Numbered from the stretch's first letter, positions 41,317-52,086 are shown. The stretch is DNA of 64,000 bases from an uncultured bacterium (GCA_963749495.1 CAVVMW010000012.1:32001-96000); one strand, 5' to 3'. A program made the numbers and translations. The notes: a model not told the origin generated them from the sequence alone.

Positions 41317-41594
41317 CGGCGCGGAAACGGCCGCCTCTGTCGCGCTAGCCAGGCCAACGCCGTCATGTCCTCTCCGAGCTTCTTCAACACTCCGCGAACC
41401 GGCACAACAGCAAGGCCGTGCATCGAGCCTACGCACGCCGAGCACAAGTAAGACTCCCCTCGTTGGAGGGCTACGAACGGCAGGCTGCGGACGACCGGAT
41501 TATTCGGCTGCCGTCTCCGCCGCAAACGGCGCGGCATCCTGATCAGCCCGGCCAGAGGATTGGCTGAAGGGTCCCGCTCCCCACCAGACCCCCA

Positions 41595-42803
41595 ATGACC
41601 GAAGAAGAGGGACAGATTCCGCTTGTCTATGTTCACGAAAACAGCTATGTTCACGGTGTCGTGAAAACTGCTATATCTGTGAACACCGCAGCCCTGACCG
41701 GCGCGGCCCTGGAGAGGGCGCTGGCGCAACGGCTGCGGGAGCTGCTTGCCGGTGTGGGCTGGCTCAAGGGTTGGGAAGTGGCCTGCGGACCGGTACCGCT
41801 GGAGCAGGGCTTCGACTTTAAGGCGACCCTGCCCGTGCCGGGCGGCAAGACTGCGGAATTGTGTGTCGTGTGCAAGGCCAATCCACGGCCTTATCAAATC
41901 GCCCGTGATCGAACAGAGGATCATCCCTCGCCGCAGAACAGACGCCTGAATCGAGTATGGGTCTTCGCGGCGCCGTTTGTTTCACCGCGCATGGCGCAAT
42001 TATGCCGGGAACAGGGCTGGAGTTGGTTTGATCTGGCGGGCAACTGCTATTTGAGCGTGCCAGATGCTTTCCAAATTGAACGCACAGGACAATCGCCGGT
42101 CTACCCGCTTCCAAGGCCCGGTGCCAATCTGAGCACCCCTGAGGCAGCGCGTATCCTTCGCGCCCTGCTGGTAACGGAGCATGGGGGGCGGAAATGGACC
42201 CAACGAGACCTGCAACTTCACGCCCAGCCGAATGTCAGCATCGGTTTGGTGAACAAAGTCGTCCGCCATCTCCATGACGAAGCCTTTATTGAGAATCTGC
42301 CGGACGGCGGTTTCAAGTTGCGTTCTCCACTGGAACCGCTGGCCGCGTGGCGCGACGCTTACCGTTTCGACCGTCACCAACGCCGCAGTTATTTCACGCT
42401 GTTGCAGGGCCGGCGTTTGCAGGAGGCATTGGCCAAGCTCGAGTCCCTCACGGGCGGACATGCGGCCTACGCCGCATTTTCCGCCGCCAATATCCAGGCG
42501 CCTCACGTCAGACAACCCAAGACCTGGCTGTACGTGGGTGCCGAGTGGGAAGACACCTTTCGCGACGTGGCCGAAGCCAAATTGGTGGATTCGGGAGAGA
42601 ATCTGGTCGTGCTGGTCCCAGAGGACAACGGCGTCTTCTATCTTCAGGAAGGTGGCGCCATGGGTGAGCAGCGATTGTCCTGCACCAATCCGGTGCAGAC
42701 GTACGTGGATTTGTTTCATTGCGGGGGATGCGGCGCGGAGGCGGCTGAGGCGTTGCTGGAGCAGAACCTCAAGCGTGCCTGGAAAGCGCGAGGTTTGTTG
42801 TGA
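41595..42803 (+). CDS. AbiEi-like (type IV TA) antitoxin / transcriptional regulator
   Basis: WFDLAGNC, winged HTH (WTQRDL...VSIGLVNKV), GENLVVLVP, TNPVQTYVDL...GAEAAEALL. Confidence 0.7.
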   Translation: MTEEEGQIPLVYVHENSYVHGVVKTAISVNTAALTGAALERALAQRLRELLAGVGWLKGWEVACGPVPLEQGFDFKATLPVPGGKTAELCVVCKANPRPYQIARDRTEDHPSPQNRRLNRVWVFAAPFVSPRMAQLCREQGWSWFDLAGNCYLSVPDAFQIERTGQSPVYPLPRPGANLSTPEAARILRALLVTEHGGRKWTQRDLQLHAQPNVSIGLVNKVVRHLHDEAFIENLPDGGFKLRSPLEPLAAWRDAYRFDRHQRRSYFTLLQGRRLQEALAKLESLTGGHAAYAAFSAANIQAPHVRQPKTWLYVGAEWEDTFRDVAEAKLVDSGENLVVLVPEDNGVFYLQEGGAMGEQRLSCTNPVQTYVDLFHCGGCGAEAAEALLEQNLKRAWKARGLL

Positions 42804-42882
42804 ATCCCGCACGCAAAGTCTTACTGGAGGACGACCTTGCCGGTCGCCCGCGTCCCCACGAAACGCGGCAAACAACATTGTC

Positions 42883-43998
42883 GTGGAACCGTTCTTCATT
42901 GTGGCCGGGGACCTTCACACCGAACGCGCCCAGTACGGGTTGTTGATTCGCTATGAGGATAACCAACGGTGCATTGAAGCCATCCTGCATGATGCCTGTT
43001 CGACCCCGGAATGTTTGGGAGTGATCCTGACCGGGGACACGTTCCACCGGAAGACCCTTCTGCCGAAGTACCAAATCCGCCTTCGGAACACCGCGCAGCG
43101 GCTTCACCGGGAGGGCAAAAAGCTCCTGGCCATCGACGGCAACCATGACGGCAGCGACGCATCCTGGCTCGACACTGTAGACCCGCAGATTAACGCCAAC
43201 GGGCGTATCCTGATGCTGGAGGAGGTGCGCGCCGCGTTTCTGTCGTTCCAGCCGAGGGAGAAGCTCTACGAAAAAATCAAGCAACTGCCGGAGAACACCC
43301 AGTGCCTGTTCTTGCACGGCCGGCTCTTGGAACTGATGGCCTGGGCGGCGCACCAGCAAGAGCCGGAATACGATTTCAGCGCTCGGGAAATGCGGGAAAT
43401 GGGCTTGAAAGATTGCACGGTGTTCATGGGCGACCTGCACACCTACGGCGATTTCCATGACCCGGTCGGGAACAACTGGTTCGTTTACAGCGGTTCAACG
43501 GAGATGACCGAAATCTCGGAAGGCAACGTCATCAGCGATCGTTTCGGCGGGCGCTACGATACGGTGAAGAAATGCCTCCGTTTCTATCCCGGCAGGGAAC
43601 ATGGCAACAATTGGGAGACCGTGGATTTGCCGAACCGTCCTTTCCTCAAACGGGTGATCGGCCCGGAGGAAGATCCCGAGTTGGCGATTCAGTCCGTGAG
43701 CCAGTGGGTGGAATCGCATCCGCAAGGCATCCTGGCGCTGCATTACCCGGAAAAGCTGCGGACACTCCTCAAACCGCACCTGGGCCTTTGGCGCCAGAGG
43801 CTGCTCGTCTTCTTTGACGTGCCGCTCTCCGTGGGGATGGTCCGGCCGTTGCAGGACATGAAGGAAACGGACATTTTGGAAATCGCGCAGAGGGAACTCA
43901 CCGAACGGCAACTCCAGATCCTGACCATTGTCCTGATACAGGATCCTTTCGACAAACCGCTCTCTGAGCTGGTGCAACTTCCAGCGAAGGCCGCATGA
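42883..43998 (+). CDS. sbcD: SbcD/Mre11-like metallophosphoesterase nuclease
   Basis: GDLH, TGDTFH, GNHD, FLHG, MGDLH and YSGS motifs; ATGA overlap with sbcC. Confidence 0.85.
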   Translation: MEPFFIVAGDLHTERAQYGLLIRYEDNQRCIEAILHDACSTPECLGVILTGDTFHRKTLLPKYQIRLRNTAQRLHREGKKLLAIDGNHDGSDASWLDTVDPQINANGRILMLEEVRAAFLSFQPREKLYEKIKQLPENTQCLFLHGRLLELMAWAAHQQEPEYDFSAREMREMGLKDCTVFMGDLHTYGDFHDPVGNNWFVYSGSTEMTEISEGNVISDRFGGRYDTVKKCLRFYPGREHGNNWETVDLPNRPFLKRVIGPEEDPELAIQSVSQWVESHPQGILALHYPEKLRTLLKPHLGLWRQRLLVFFDVPLSVGMVRPLQDMKETDILEIAQRELTERQLQILTIVLIQDPFDKPLSELVQLPAKAA

Positions 43999-46784
43999 GA
44001 CTTCTCCGACTCGAGCTCACAAACTGGTGCCAGCATTCCGAACTGGACATCGCCTTTCCCAAAGAACCGCTCATTCACCTGAGCGGCCCTAACAATGGGG
44101 GCAAGAGCAACCTCATCCGGGCGATCGGACGGGTCCTGGCCCAAGGCCGCAGTGAATTCGGCAACGCTTCGGATATCCGGTTCGGAACCAAACAGGCATC
44201 CATCCGGCTGACCGCCCAGACCCATGAGAGCGCGCAGTTCACGCTGTCGCGGACTATCAAGGAACGCCAGTCCAAGGCCATGCTGGAGTTTGATGACAAA
44301 GTGCTGACCAGCGCCGAGGAGATTCAACGCCAGTTGCAGGAATGGTTCGGGCGCCCAGAGACGCTGCTGGAACTGCTCATCGCCCCCCAGGGCCAGATCG
44401 CCAGCCTGATTAAGGAACGCGGCAAGGATCGGCTGACCAAGTTCATCGAGATTTGCGGGTTCAAGGGTTTCCTGCAAAAACAGGCCGCCCTCAACAAGTT
44501 CCAGCGGGCCTACCCCTCCGTCATTGACCCTGGCCCAGTCATGCAGGACGTCGAAGGCAAACTCCACCAAGCCGAGCAAGAGGCGGCCGGAAAGAAAAAC
44601 GCTCTCCGGGTCCTCCCGGACCGGAACGCGCTCCTGGGAGAGTTGACAGAACTTCAGCAAACCAAGGCACTCCGGGAGAGCACAGAGAGAGAACTCGGCG
44701 CCAAGAGAGAGACCCTTGCCAAGACCCAGGCAAAGGCTGGAATGCCGCTGCCGAACCTAGAGGACCTGCAGAACCGAATCCAGACCATCCGCCGCGCGCT
44801 GGCTGGGTGCCAAACCGCATTGCGGCACCAAAAGGCACACAAGGCTCGCCAGGAATTGGAGCAGGCCGCGAAAGACCTGGCCGGGCTCCCGGAAGACAAC
44901 ACCAACTACGGCCAGCAGCTGCAGGAGAACAGTAACGCGCTTCAGACGATGCTCAAGCGCCGGGGTGAAATCGCCCGGGATCGCATGGCCTTGGAGCAGC
45001 TCCGCAAGGAACTCGAAGCACTGGATCGAAGGATTGCCCAAAACCGGGAGACAGTGGCGAACCTCCGACACAGCACCAATTGGTACCGGCTGTCATTGGC
45101 GGATCTTCTCCAGCTCCAGGCCGCCAATCACCAAATGCAGGCCCAGGACCAGACGTTGAATCGGCAGAAGGAAAGACTCGCCCGGCTCGAAAAGGTGCCC
45201 CGCCCATCCGGCGCAATGCTGAAAGCCTGCCAGGCCAGCGAAGCCAAGCTGCAGGAAATCCTCAGCCTCCACCGCCATGCCACCGCTGCCGCCGACACTT
45301 GTCCGCTGTGCCAAAGGGCCTGGGAAGCCGCCGCCGTCATCGAGCGCCGCAGTGAACTCGACGCTCAGGCCGGGGAGTTGCAGCATGACCTGGCCAAGTC
45401 GCAACAGGCTACCACCGAATATCGGGAATGGGTCCAAGCCCAAAGCGAAATCCCCAAGTTGCGCGAACAAGTTCAGAAGGAAGACAGCGCCTGTGCCGAC
45501 AAGCGGCGCGAACTGGCCGCGCAAATGGCCGCATTCGAGTTGCCCGAAGGCGAACTCGTGCAGGTCGGGGTGGTGATCGCCAGCCACCAAAAGGTGCGAG
45601 AGGCTATGAGTCCGCCGCTGCAAGAGGCCCAGGCGTTGCGCGACAAACTCGCGGCCGAGGCGGCCGCTGACCGTGAGCGAGCCGCGGAAGACGGCCGCCT
45701 GGTCCAGGACATGGACAAGGCGAATCAGCGGATCCGCGAATTACTGCAGCAACAGACCGAAGCCGGCCACCGCGCCGCGAAACGCGCCAGATTGAAGCAG
45801 CAAATCGAAACGCTGCAGGCCCAGCTCGCCGAGTTGGAGAAAGACCTTGAGGCCAAGCCGGAGGATTACCAGCCAAATGCAGATTACCCGGCGCTGTGTC
45901 AGGCCCGCGAGCACGAGTTGAATGAGGCCCAGGACGCCTTTCAAAGGGCCAGCCGTGAATGGACAGAGCGTTTTGAGCAGCTGCGGAGCGTCGAAGCCTT
46001 GAAGAGCGAAATCGCCTCCGCGGAGCAAAAGCTCCGGGCGCTTGTCTGGGGCGAGGTCCAGGAAAAAAGGACGGCCCAACTCCAGCAAGCCATTGTTCAA
46101 ATCCAGCAACTCAACGCGGAGATCAACCTGCTTGAGCAACAGGCCGACAAGCTGCGCGCGCAGCTGGAGCAACTGGCGAAGGAAAGGGAACGGTTTGCCC
46201 AGCAAGGCCGCAACCTGGCGGACATGCAGGCGGTCAGCGCGTTTCTCTCGTATGATAACGGCCCGCAGAAATTCTTGACGAGCTTCTTCCAGGAAGCCCT
46301 GAGCCAAACCAACCTGCTCCTCAGCGAGATGGGGCTGCCGCTCAAGCTGCACCTGGGGCCGGACCTGGAGATCGTGGTGGAGGACCGCCATTCCCCGGAA
46401 AGCTCGGCTTTGGCCCTGGGGGGCGGCTATTCCAATCTGGTGGGCATCGCCTTTCGTGTTGCGCTCCAACGCATGATTTTGCCGCGGGTCCATGTGCTCA
46501 TCCTGGACGAGCCCAGCACGCACATCGACGAGGCGAACATGGAGTTATTGATTCCGTTCTTCCAGAAGCTCAAAGAGAACCTCAACCACTACGGCATCGA
46601 GCAATGTTTAATCATCGACCACCATCCGAGCTGGCGTGAGACGACTGCGGCGGTCATTAGCGTGGGAAACAACGGATGTAGCCCTCTGCCCCGGGCGGAG
46701 GGTGGACCTCAGGGCGAATCCAGCGCCGTTGCCGCAGGCGGAGAAGCTCCCAAGCCTTCGGCAGCCCCTGCTGTTGCAGGCTAG
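43995..46784 (+). CDS. sbcC: SbcC/Rad50-like SMC ATPase
   Basis: GPNNGGKS, Q-loop PQGQI, long coiled coil with central CPLC hook, LGGG signature variant, LILDEP. Confidence 0.9.
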   Translation: MRLLRLELTNWCQHSELDIAFPKEPLIHLSGPNNGGKSNLIRAIGRVLAQGRSEFGNASDIRFGTKQASIRLTAQTHESAQFTLSRTIKERQSKAMLEFDDKVLTSAEEIQRQLQEWFGRPETLLELLIAPQGQIASLIKERGKDRLTKFIEICGFKGFLQKQAALNKFQRAYPSVIDPGPVMQDVEGKLHQAEQEAAGKKNALRVLPDRNALLGELTELQQTKALRESTERELGAKRETLAKTQAKAGMPLPNLEDLQNRIQTIRRALAGCQTALRHQKAHKARQELEQAAKDLAGLPEDNTNYGQQLQENSNALQTMLKRRGEIARDRMALEQLRKELEALDRRIAQNRETVANLRHSTNWYRLSLADLLQLQAANHQMQAQDQTLNRQKERLARLEKVPRPSGAMLKACQASEAKLQEILSLHRHATAAADTCPLCQRAWEAAAVIERRSELDAQAGELQHDLAKSQQATTEYREWVQAQSEIPKLREQVQKEDSACADKRRELAAQMAAFELPEGELVQVGVVIASHQKVREAMSPPLQEAQALRDKLAAEAAADRERAAEDGRLVQDMDKANQRIRELLQQQTEAGHRAAKRARLKQQIETLQAQLAELEKDLEAKPEDYQPNADYPALCQAREHELNEAQDAFQRASREWTERFEQLRSVEALKSEIASAEQKLRALVWGEVQEKRTAQLQQAIVQIQQLNAEINLLEQQADKLRAQLEQLAKERERFAQQGRNLADMQAVSAFLSYDNGPQKFLTSFFQEALSQTNLLLSEMGLPLKLHLGPDLEIVVEDRHSPESSALALGGGYSNLVGIAFRVALQRMILPRVHVLILDEPSTHIDEANMELLIPFFQKLKENLNHYGIEQCLIIDHHPSWRETTAAVISVGNNGCSPLPRAEGGPQGESSAVAAGGEAPKPSAAPAVAG

Positions 46785-46867
46785 CCGTCTCTCAGGAGGC
46801 GCCATCCGGTGCGCGGAAGCCTCGGATCTTCTTTAAGATTGAGGTCGATCACGGTGTTCGTGGCCAT
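46781..46867 (-). CDS. Putative 28-aa leaderless peptide MATNTVIDLNLKEDPRLPRTGWRLLRDG
   Basis: GCTATAATGG box 4 nt before its ATG; stop shares CTAG with the convergent sbcC stop. Confidence 0.35.
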   Translation of the reverse strand: MATNTVIDLNLKEDPRLPRTGWRLLRDG

Positions 46868-46871
46868 GGAA

Positions 46872-46944
46872 CCATTATAGCCCCCTTGAAGGCGCTCCTG
46901 CGTTGCTCCCCCCGCCAAAGTTGCGCGGAAGGACCCTATAATGT
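46872..46944. promoter_or_regulatory. Divergent pair of motif boxes: GCTATAATGG (minus, 46872-46881) and CCTATAATGT (plus, 46935-46944)
   Basis: Copies of the recurring motif; the plus box precedes pilB. Confidence 0.6.
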
Positions 46945-46952
46945 GGAAAACA

Positions 46953-49178
46953 ATGATGGAAACCGAAGTGGCCGCCACAGAGGACGCAGCACGCTTGATC
47001 GCGACGCCGGGGCTGCAGCAATTGCTTGACCGATTTGCCCAGGAGCATTTCCTGCGATTTGAGGAGCGCGTTGCGAACCTGTTCGAGTTCCTGACCTCGA
47101 ACACCATCCGATCCACCGACGAGAGCTTTCTGGGGGAGGAGGACCTGACCGCCTTCATTGCCGAGGCCGTGGATCTGCCGTTCCTGACGAACAGCCACAT
47201 TGGCGCCTCGGCGGCGCTCTTTGCCCGCTGCCAGGCGCTGGGCTTCCAGAGAGCGCCCGGCGGACACGTTCCCGTCGCGGCACAGGGGCCGGGCCTGCTT
47301 TTGGCGCATTACGACCCGTACGTTCCTCTGCCTGGATGCTTCCACAAGGAAAACGTCCAGTTGGTCGTCTGCACCTGGAGCGCCTTTCAAAAACTGGCGG
47401 AGCTGTGGGAACAGCGCTACCCTGGTCCGTCGGCCGACGCCTATGTCGCCGACAACCATCCGCCCCCGGCCGCGCCCAGGGAATGGGCAGAGTGGCAAAC
47501 GGCGCACAACGCCTTGACGGAAGACGAGCAAACAGTCCTGCAGAAAATCAAGGAATCAGACAGCTTCCCAGCAGTCGCGCCGGAGTGGGAATACTGGTTT
47601 TCCCGCAAGAGCAAAGGGCAGCCCTGCATCTGCCTGGACATCGTTGACGTGCCGCAGGAATCCAAGCGCGTAGCCTCCGCCGCGCTCAAAGCGGTCGAAG
47701 CGGTCATCCTGTTTGAGAACCACCGATCGATGCAATTGGGATATGTGCTCAATTGGGACAATTTCAACAGTGTCGAGACGGTGGCCGAACAGGTCCGCCG
47801 CCAGGGGTTAACGGTGCAGCTTTTGCCCATTCTGCAGCGGGATTACAATCACTTCCTGGAGGAGCAGGTCAACAAGACCATTCAGCTGTCCAAATACATC
47901 AAGCAGGAGGACGATCTCCCCGACAGTGCGGTGGACAGCATTGATCCCGCGCAGTTTACCGACGAGCAGTTGGACCCGCAGACCGTGAAGATCAAAACGA
48001 TTGCCGAGGCGGCTCTTTTTGCCGCCTACAAACGCGGCGCCTCTGACATTCTGATCGAGCCTCAAACCAACGATTACCGAATCCGTTTCACTATCAACGG
48101 CATCAACACCGCCTTTTTCGAAGGGATGCCCAAGCAGTATGGCTCCAACATCGTGCTGCATCTCAAGGTCCGGGCGGGCATGAGCATTACCGAGAAGCGT
48201 CTGCCGCAGGACGGCAAGATTACCCTCAACATCCGCGGCACGCCGGTTGAAATCCGCGCGGCCACCATGCCGGTCCTGGACAGCCAGGAGGAGAAGATCA
48301 CGCTGCGCCTGCTGAGCTCCACGGTCCGCTTTCCCAATCTCGACAAACTGGGCATGCGCCAGGGTCATTTGCAACTGGTGCGCCGGGCGCTCGGCATGGC
48401 CAACGGCATCATCATCGTGACTGGCCCCACCGGTTCAGGCAAAACAACGACTCTATACTCCGCCGTCCAGGAGATGGACCGGGAACGGCTGAGCATCGTG
48501 AGCCTGGAGGACCCGATTGAAATATTTGTGCCCGGCATCAGCCAGACCCAGGTCAACGATGCCATTGGCCTGACTTTCGCGCGGGGTCTGAGGGCGTTGC
48601 TCCGCCAGGCGCCGCAGGTCATTTTGGTAGGCGAGGTGCGCGACAAGGAGCTGGCAAGTATTGCCGTGCAAGCGGCAAACACCGGCCACTTGGTGTTGAC
48701 GACCCTGCACACGAATTCCGCGGTCGGCACCTTTGACCGGCTGCAAGCCCTCGGTGTGGAAGCGCGCCAGATAGCCGATGCGGTCCGTCTGATTCTGGCG
48801 CAGCGCCTTGTCCCGCGCCTCTGTCCGGTTTGCCGGAAGAACCGGAAGCCTACCGAACTGGAGATCCTGCGCATTCGCAAACAGAGCGGCGTGCAGCTCA
48901 ATCCGGGCATCTATCACGCCAACACCCTTGGCTGCCGCAATTGCCACAAAGGTTATACCGGCCGGCGCATTATCACCGAGGTGATCCCCGTGAACGCCGC
49001 GATGCGGGAACTGCTGCTGAAGGGGCAGACGCACAGCGAAATCGTGCGCCACGCTGAAAAGGCGTTCGGATTCCGGCCTATCCTCGTGCAGGCCATGGAG
49101 CTGGTGAATGAAGGACAGGTTGATCTCAAGGACGCTCAGAAGCTGTTTCTGGATTTCGAGGAAGACGACCGCAAATAA
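46953..49178 (+). CDS. pilB: PilB/GspE-family extension ATPase
   Basis: ASDILIEP, EKRLPQDG, GPTGSGKTTT, SLEDPIE, LLRQAPQVILVGEVRD, TGHLVLTTLH, AQRLV, and CPVC/CRNC zinc site. Start could be 46941. Confidence 0.93.
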   Translation: MMETEVAATEDAARLIATPGLQQLLDRFAQEHFLRFEERVANLFEFLTSNTIRSTDESFLGEEDLTAFIAEAVDLPFLTNSHIGASAALFARCQALGFQRAPGGHVPVAAQGPGLLLAHYDPYVPLPGCFHKENVQLVVCTWSAFQKLAELWEQRYPGPSADAYVADNHPPPAAPREWAEWQTAHNALTEDEQTVLQKIKESDSFPAVAPEWEYWFSRKSKGQPCICLDIVDVPQESKRVASAALKAVEAVILFENHRSMQLGYVLNWDNFNSVETVAEQVRRQGLTVQLLPILQRDYNHFLEEQVNKTIQLSKYIKQEDDLPDSAVDSIDPAQFTDEQLDPQTVKIKTIAEAALFAAYKRGASDILIEPQTNDYRIRFTINGINTAFFEGMPKQYGSNIVLHLKVRAGMSITEKRLPQDGKITLNIRGTPVEIRAATMPVLDSQEEKITLRLLSSTVRFPNLDKLGMRQGHLQLVRRALGMANGIIIVTGPTGSGKTTTLYSAVQEMDRERLSIVSLEDPIEIFVPGISQTQVNDAIGLTFARGLRALLRQAPQVILVGEVRDKELASIAVQAANTGHLVLTTLHTNSAVGTFDRLQALGVEARQIADAVRLILAQRLVPRLCPVCRKNRKPTELEILRIRKQSGVQLNPGIYHANTLGCRNCHKGYTGRRIITEVIPVNAAMRELLLKGQTHSEIVRHAEKAFGFRPILVQAMELVNEGQVDLKDAQKLFLDFEEDDRK

Positions 49179-49211
49179 GCCGGGCGGAAGCAATGAACGC
49201 ATCAAAAAGGC

Positions 49212-49221
49212 CCTACAATGG
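49212..49221 (+). promoter_or_regulatory. CCTACAATGG -10 box, 4 nt before ATG 49226
   Basis: Copy of the recurring motif at the secretin start. Confidence 0.6.
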
Positions 49222-49225
49222 GAGG

Positions 49226-51482
49226 ATGACTCGATTCCTTGCCGACGCGAATATGAGAAGATTGACCACTTTCTGCCTGTGTCTGATGGGGGGCGGCCCT
49301 GCCGGCGCAACCGGGTGCCCTGTCACGGCCCGAACTCGACCATACCGCCGCTGTGGAGATGACGCCCGCAGCGCCGAGCCAATCGGATAAGACCAGACTG
49401 CCGTTCACGACCGACACCCAAGTGCGCGTAGTGGGATTGTACGAACCGGTCGCGACGAGCAATTCCGTTCCAACGGCCGCTTCAGAGAACCCGGAGGCGC
49501 CCTATCTCGCCATCGAAGGCGTGCCGCTGCGGTCGGTGTTCAGGCTGCTGGCGCGCCGGGCCGGGCTCAACTATCTGGAGCCCCAGGCAGACCAACTGCC
49601 GGAGGAGGACATTACGCTGCGCATGACCGAACCCAAGCCAATGGACCTGCTCGCCTTTCTGCTGAAGCACCGCGGGCTGGAGCTTCACGACGCGGGCACC
49701 GGCCTCTTCACCATCCGCAAGTACACCAACCAGGTGGCCTTCTACAAATTCAAGCTGAAGGACAACTTCATCAACCGGTTCAAGGGCAGTGCCCAGAGCG
49801 CCCCCACCGGTGGCGGCGGGTATGCGGGCGGCTACGGCGGCGGCAACGCGGTTTCGGCCAATGCGGGATCCATCACCGTGGAGAACGGAGGGAAATACGG
49901 CGAAATCGAGTCGTTGCTGGAGAAAGTCGCCAACTCGGGCGACAACAAGAACAACAAGGTTTGGTACTACGAGGAAAAGCAACAGGTCCTGCTCTGCGGC
50001 ACCCGGCAGGCGGCGGAACGGATTTCCAAGTACCTGGAAATCGCCAACACCAAGAACCCGAATATCCGGATTAACGTCCGTATCTTTTCCACGAGCTCCA
50101 ATCCGATGAGCCGGATGGGGGTGGATTGGGCCAACATGCTGTCTCCCGGGCTCACCTTCGGGCTGATGCCACCGGGCACAACGGTTTCCGGCGGCGGCAC
50201 CAACTCGTTCGCGGCCATGAACTCGCTCAAACAACTGGGGTCGGCCTTCGGCAACCCGATGGGTTCCATCGTGCTGCGCAATGACCTGTCCGCCACCCTC
50301 AACTTCTTCGTCAACGACCAGAAGGGCGAGACCGTGGCGCAGCCCTCGACCATTACCGCCAACGGGCGCGAGGCGGCCTTCGCGGCGACCCAGCAGATTC
50401 CCTACATTTCGGGGAGCTCTGTTGCCGGGGGCTTGTATAACGGAGCCGCGGGCGTGGGCTACGATAACACGTCCTTCGTCAACGTGGGCACCACCATCAA
50501 CATCCTGCCGCGCATCCAGGACGGCAACCGCCTCAAACTCGGCACCGCCATCAGCGTCAGCCAACTCGACCAGTTCGTGACCGTTTCATCCGGCACGCAG
50601 GGCACACCGCCCCGGCAGGTGCCGCAAACCTCCGGGCGGGCGTTCAACGGAGAATTCACGCTCAACAGCGCCGATACCGTGGTCATCGCCGGCCTGCGCA
50701 CCTCCACGTCCAGCAAAAGCCGGAACAAGGTCCCTTACCTGGGCGACATTCCCGGACTGGGCAAACTGTTCCGCAACGAAGCGGACACGAAGAACGTCAA
50801 CTACCTGACCATCTTCATCACCGCCACCGTCCTCGACGACAACAACAACCCCCGCATTCCGGAAGGGAAACTGAAGATCGAAGACAGCCAGCCCGACGAC
50901 GAGTCCACTTTGTCCGCCGAGGCCAACTCCAGCTTCCTGCTGCGCAAGGGTGAATGGGCCGACAAAGCCCTGATTCACGCCAAGAAAGAGGCCCTCGAAC
51001 TTCGCACCGAGCAAGCCAACCAAATCATCGCCCACCGGCTACAAACAGAGAGCCAATGCCAGGACCTGGCGCAAGCGGCCGCCTCCAAGGCCGCCGAGGT
51101 CCAGGAGTTGGAGCAGGGAAAGAAACGCCGCACTTCCCTGGAGCGTGAAGGCGCGATCGACGCCATCGCGGCATCCGAAGTTGAAACGAAACTTTCCAAA
51201 GCCAAGGCAGAGCACACGCAGTTGCTTAAGCAGCTCCAGGAGACCCGCGATTGCCTCGAAAAGCTCAAGGTTGACGAAGAGTCGGCCAGGAGCGCCGTCG
51301 AACGTGCCGAAGACGATTACACCGAGTCCTTGAGAGGGGGGCTCACGCCTGAACCGTCCAGGGCGCAGACCCCATCGCCGACTCCGAAAGCTGCGGGACC
51401 TGCAAGAAAAACGGCACCGGACAAAAACGGCGGAGCCGATGCGCTCAAGCAGAGTGCCGACCTTCTGGATCAGTTGAACTAG
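49226..51482 (+). CDS. pilQ: Secretin (PilQ/GspD family) with long C-terminal coiled coil; frameshift in a G run near 49290
   Basis: N0/N3-like domains, MGVDW, QPSTITANGREA, NVGTTINILPRI, KVPYLGDIPGLGKLFR, LTIFITATVL. Removing one G joins the signal peptide MRRLTTFCLCLMGAALPA to the main ORF. Confidence 0.88.
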
Positions 51483-51486
51483 CACC

Positions 51487-52086
51487 ATGAACGCGAATGG
51501 ACCACGAATCAGCGGCCTTGAGGCCCCGGAAGCCGCAGCCGGGACCCAAAGTGCGCCGGAATCAGTTGCTGCGAGTGCGGCGGCGGAACTCCCAAGGACG
51601 GAGGCCCCTCGTAACAAGATGCCGCTGAGAACCATTGGCCTCCTGGCCGCGATACTTATGGCCGCAGCGGCCAGCGGGTACGCGTGCGTCCTGCAACAGA
51701 AGGTCGAAGCATTGAGGACGCAGTTGGTCCGGACCCAGGCCGGGGTCCAGGCCGCATTGGGCACGCTCAACGACCTGCGAATCCCGAAGGACGTGTCCGC
51801 CGATCTCGCCAGCCTGGAGGCTACCGTCAACAAGTTCAAGGCAGCCAGCGAGGCGCGGCAGAAGACCCTCGATGACGGAATCAAGCAGGTCCCCGCTCTG
51901 GAGAGCAAGCTTACCGGACAAGCCAACGCCCTGGCATCAAAGCAGGCCCAGATGGAGCAAAGCCTGAAATCGTTCCAGGAAAAGAGCGAGGGCCGAATGG
52001 CCACAATCATCACCGTGCTGAAGAACCAGGACAAGATCTTGCGCCAGCTCGTGGGAGGGAAGACTGAACCCGGCAAGGAGCAATGA
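51487..52086 (+). CDS. Bitopic coiled-coil membrane protein
   Basis: One TM helix followed by a heptad-rich helix. Confidence 0.7.
   Translation: MNANGPRISGLEAPEAAAGTQSAPESVAASAAAELPRTEAPRNKMPLRTIGLLAAILMAAAASGYACVLQQKVEALRTQLVRTQAGVQAALGTLNDLRIPKDVSADLASLEATVNKFKAASEARQKTLDDGIKQVPALESKLTGQANALASKQAQMEQSLKSFQEKSEGRMATIITVLKNQDKILRQLVGGKTEPGKEQ

Noticed and set aside
42274..42882. N-terminal 203 aa of the 574-aa ORF
   Set aside because: Overlaps the AbiEi-like gene in another frame; nuclease motifs begin only after GTG 42883.
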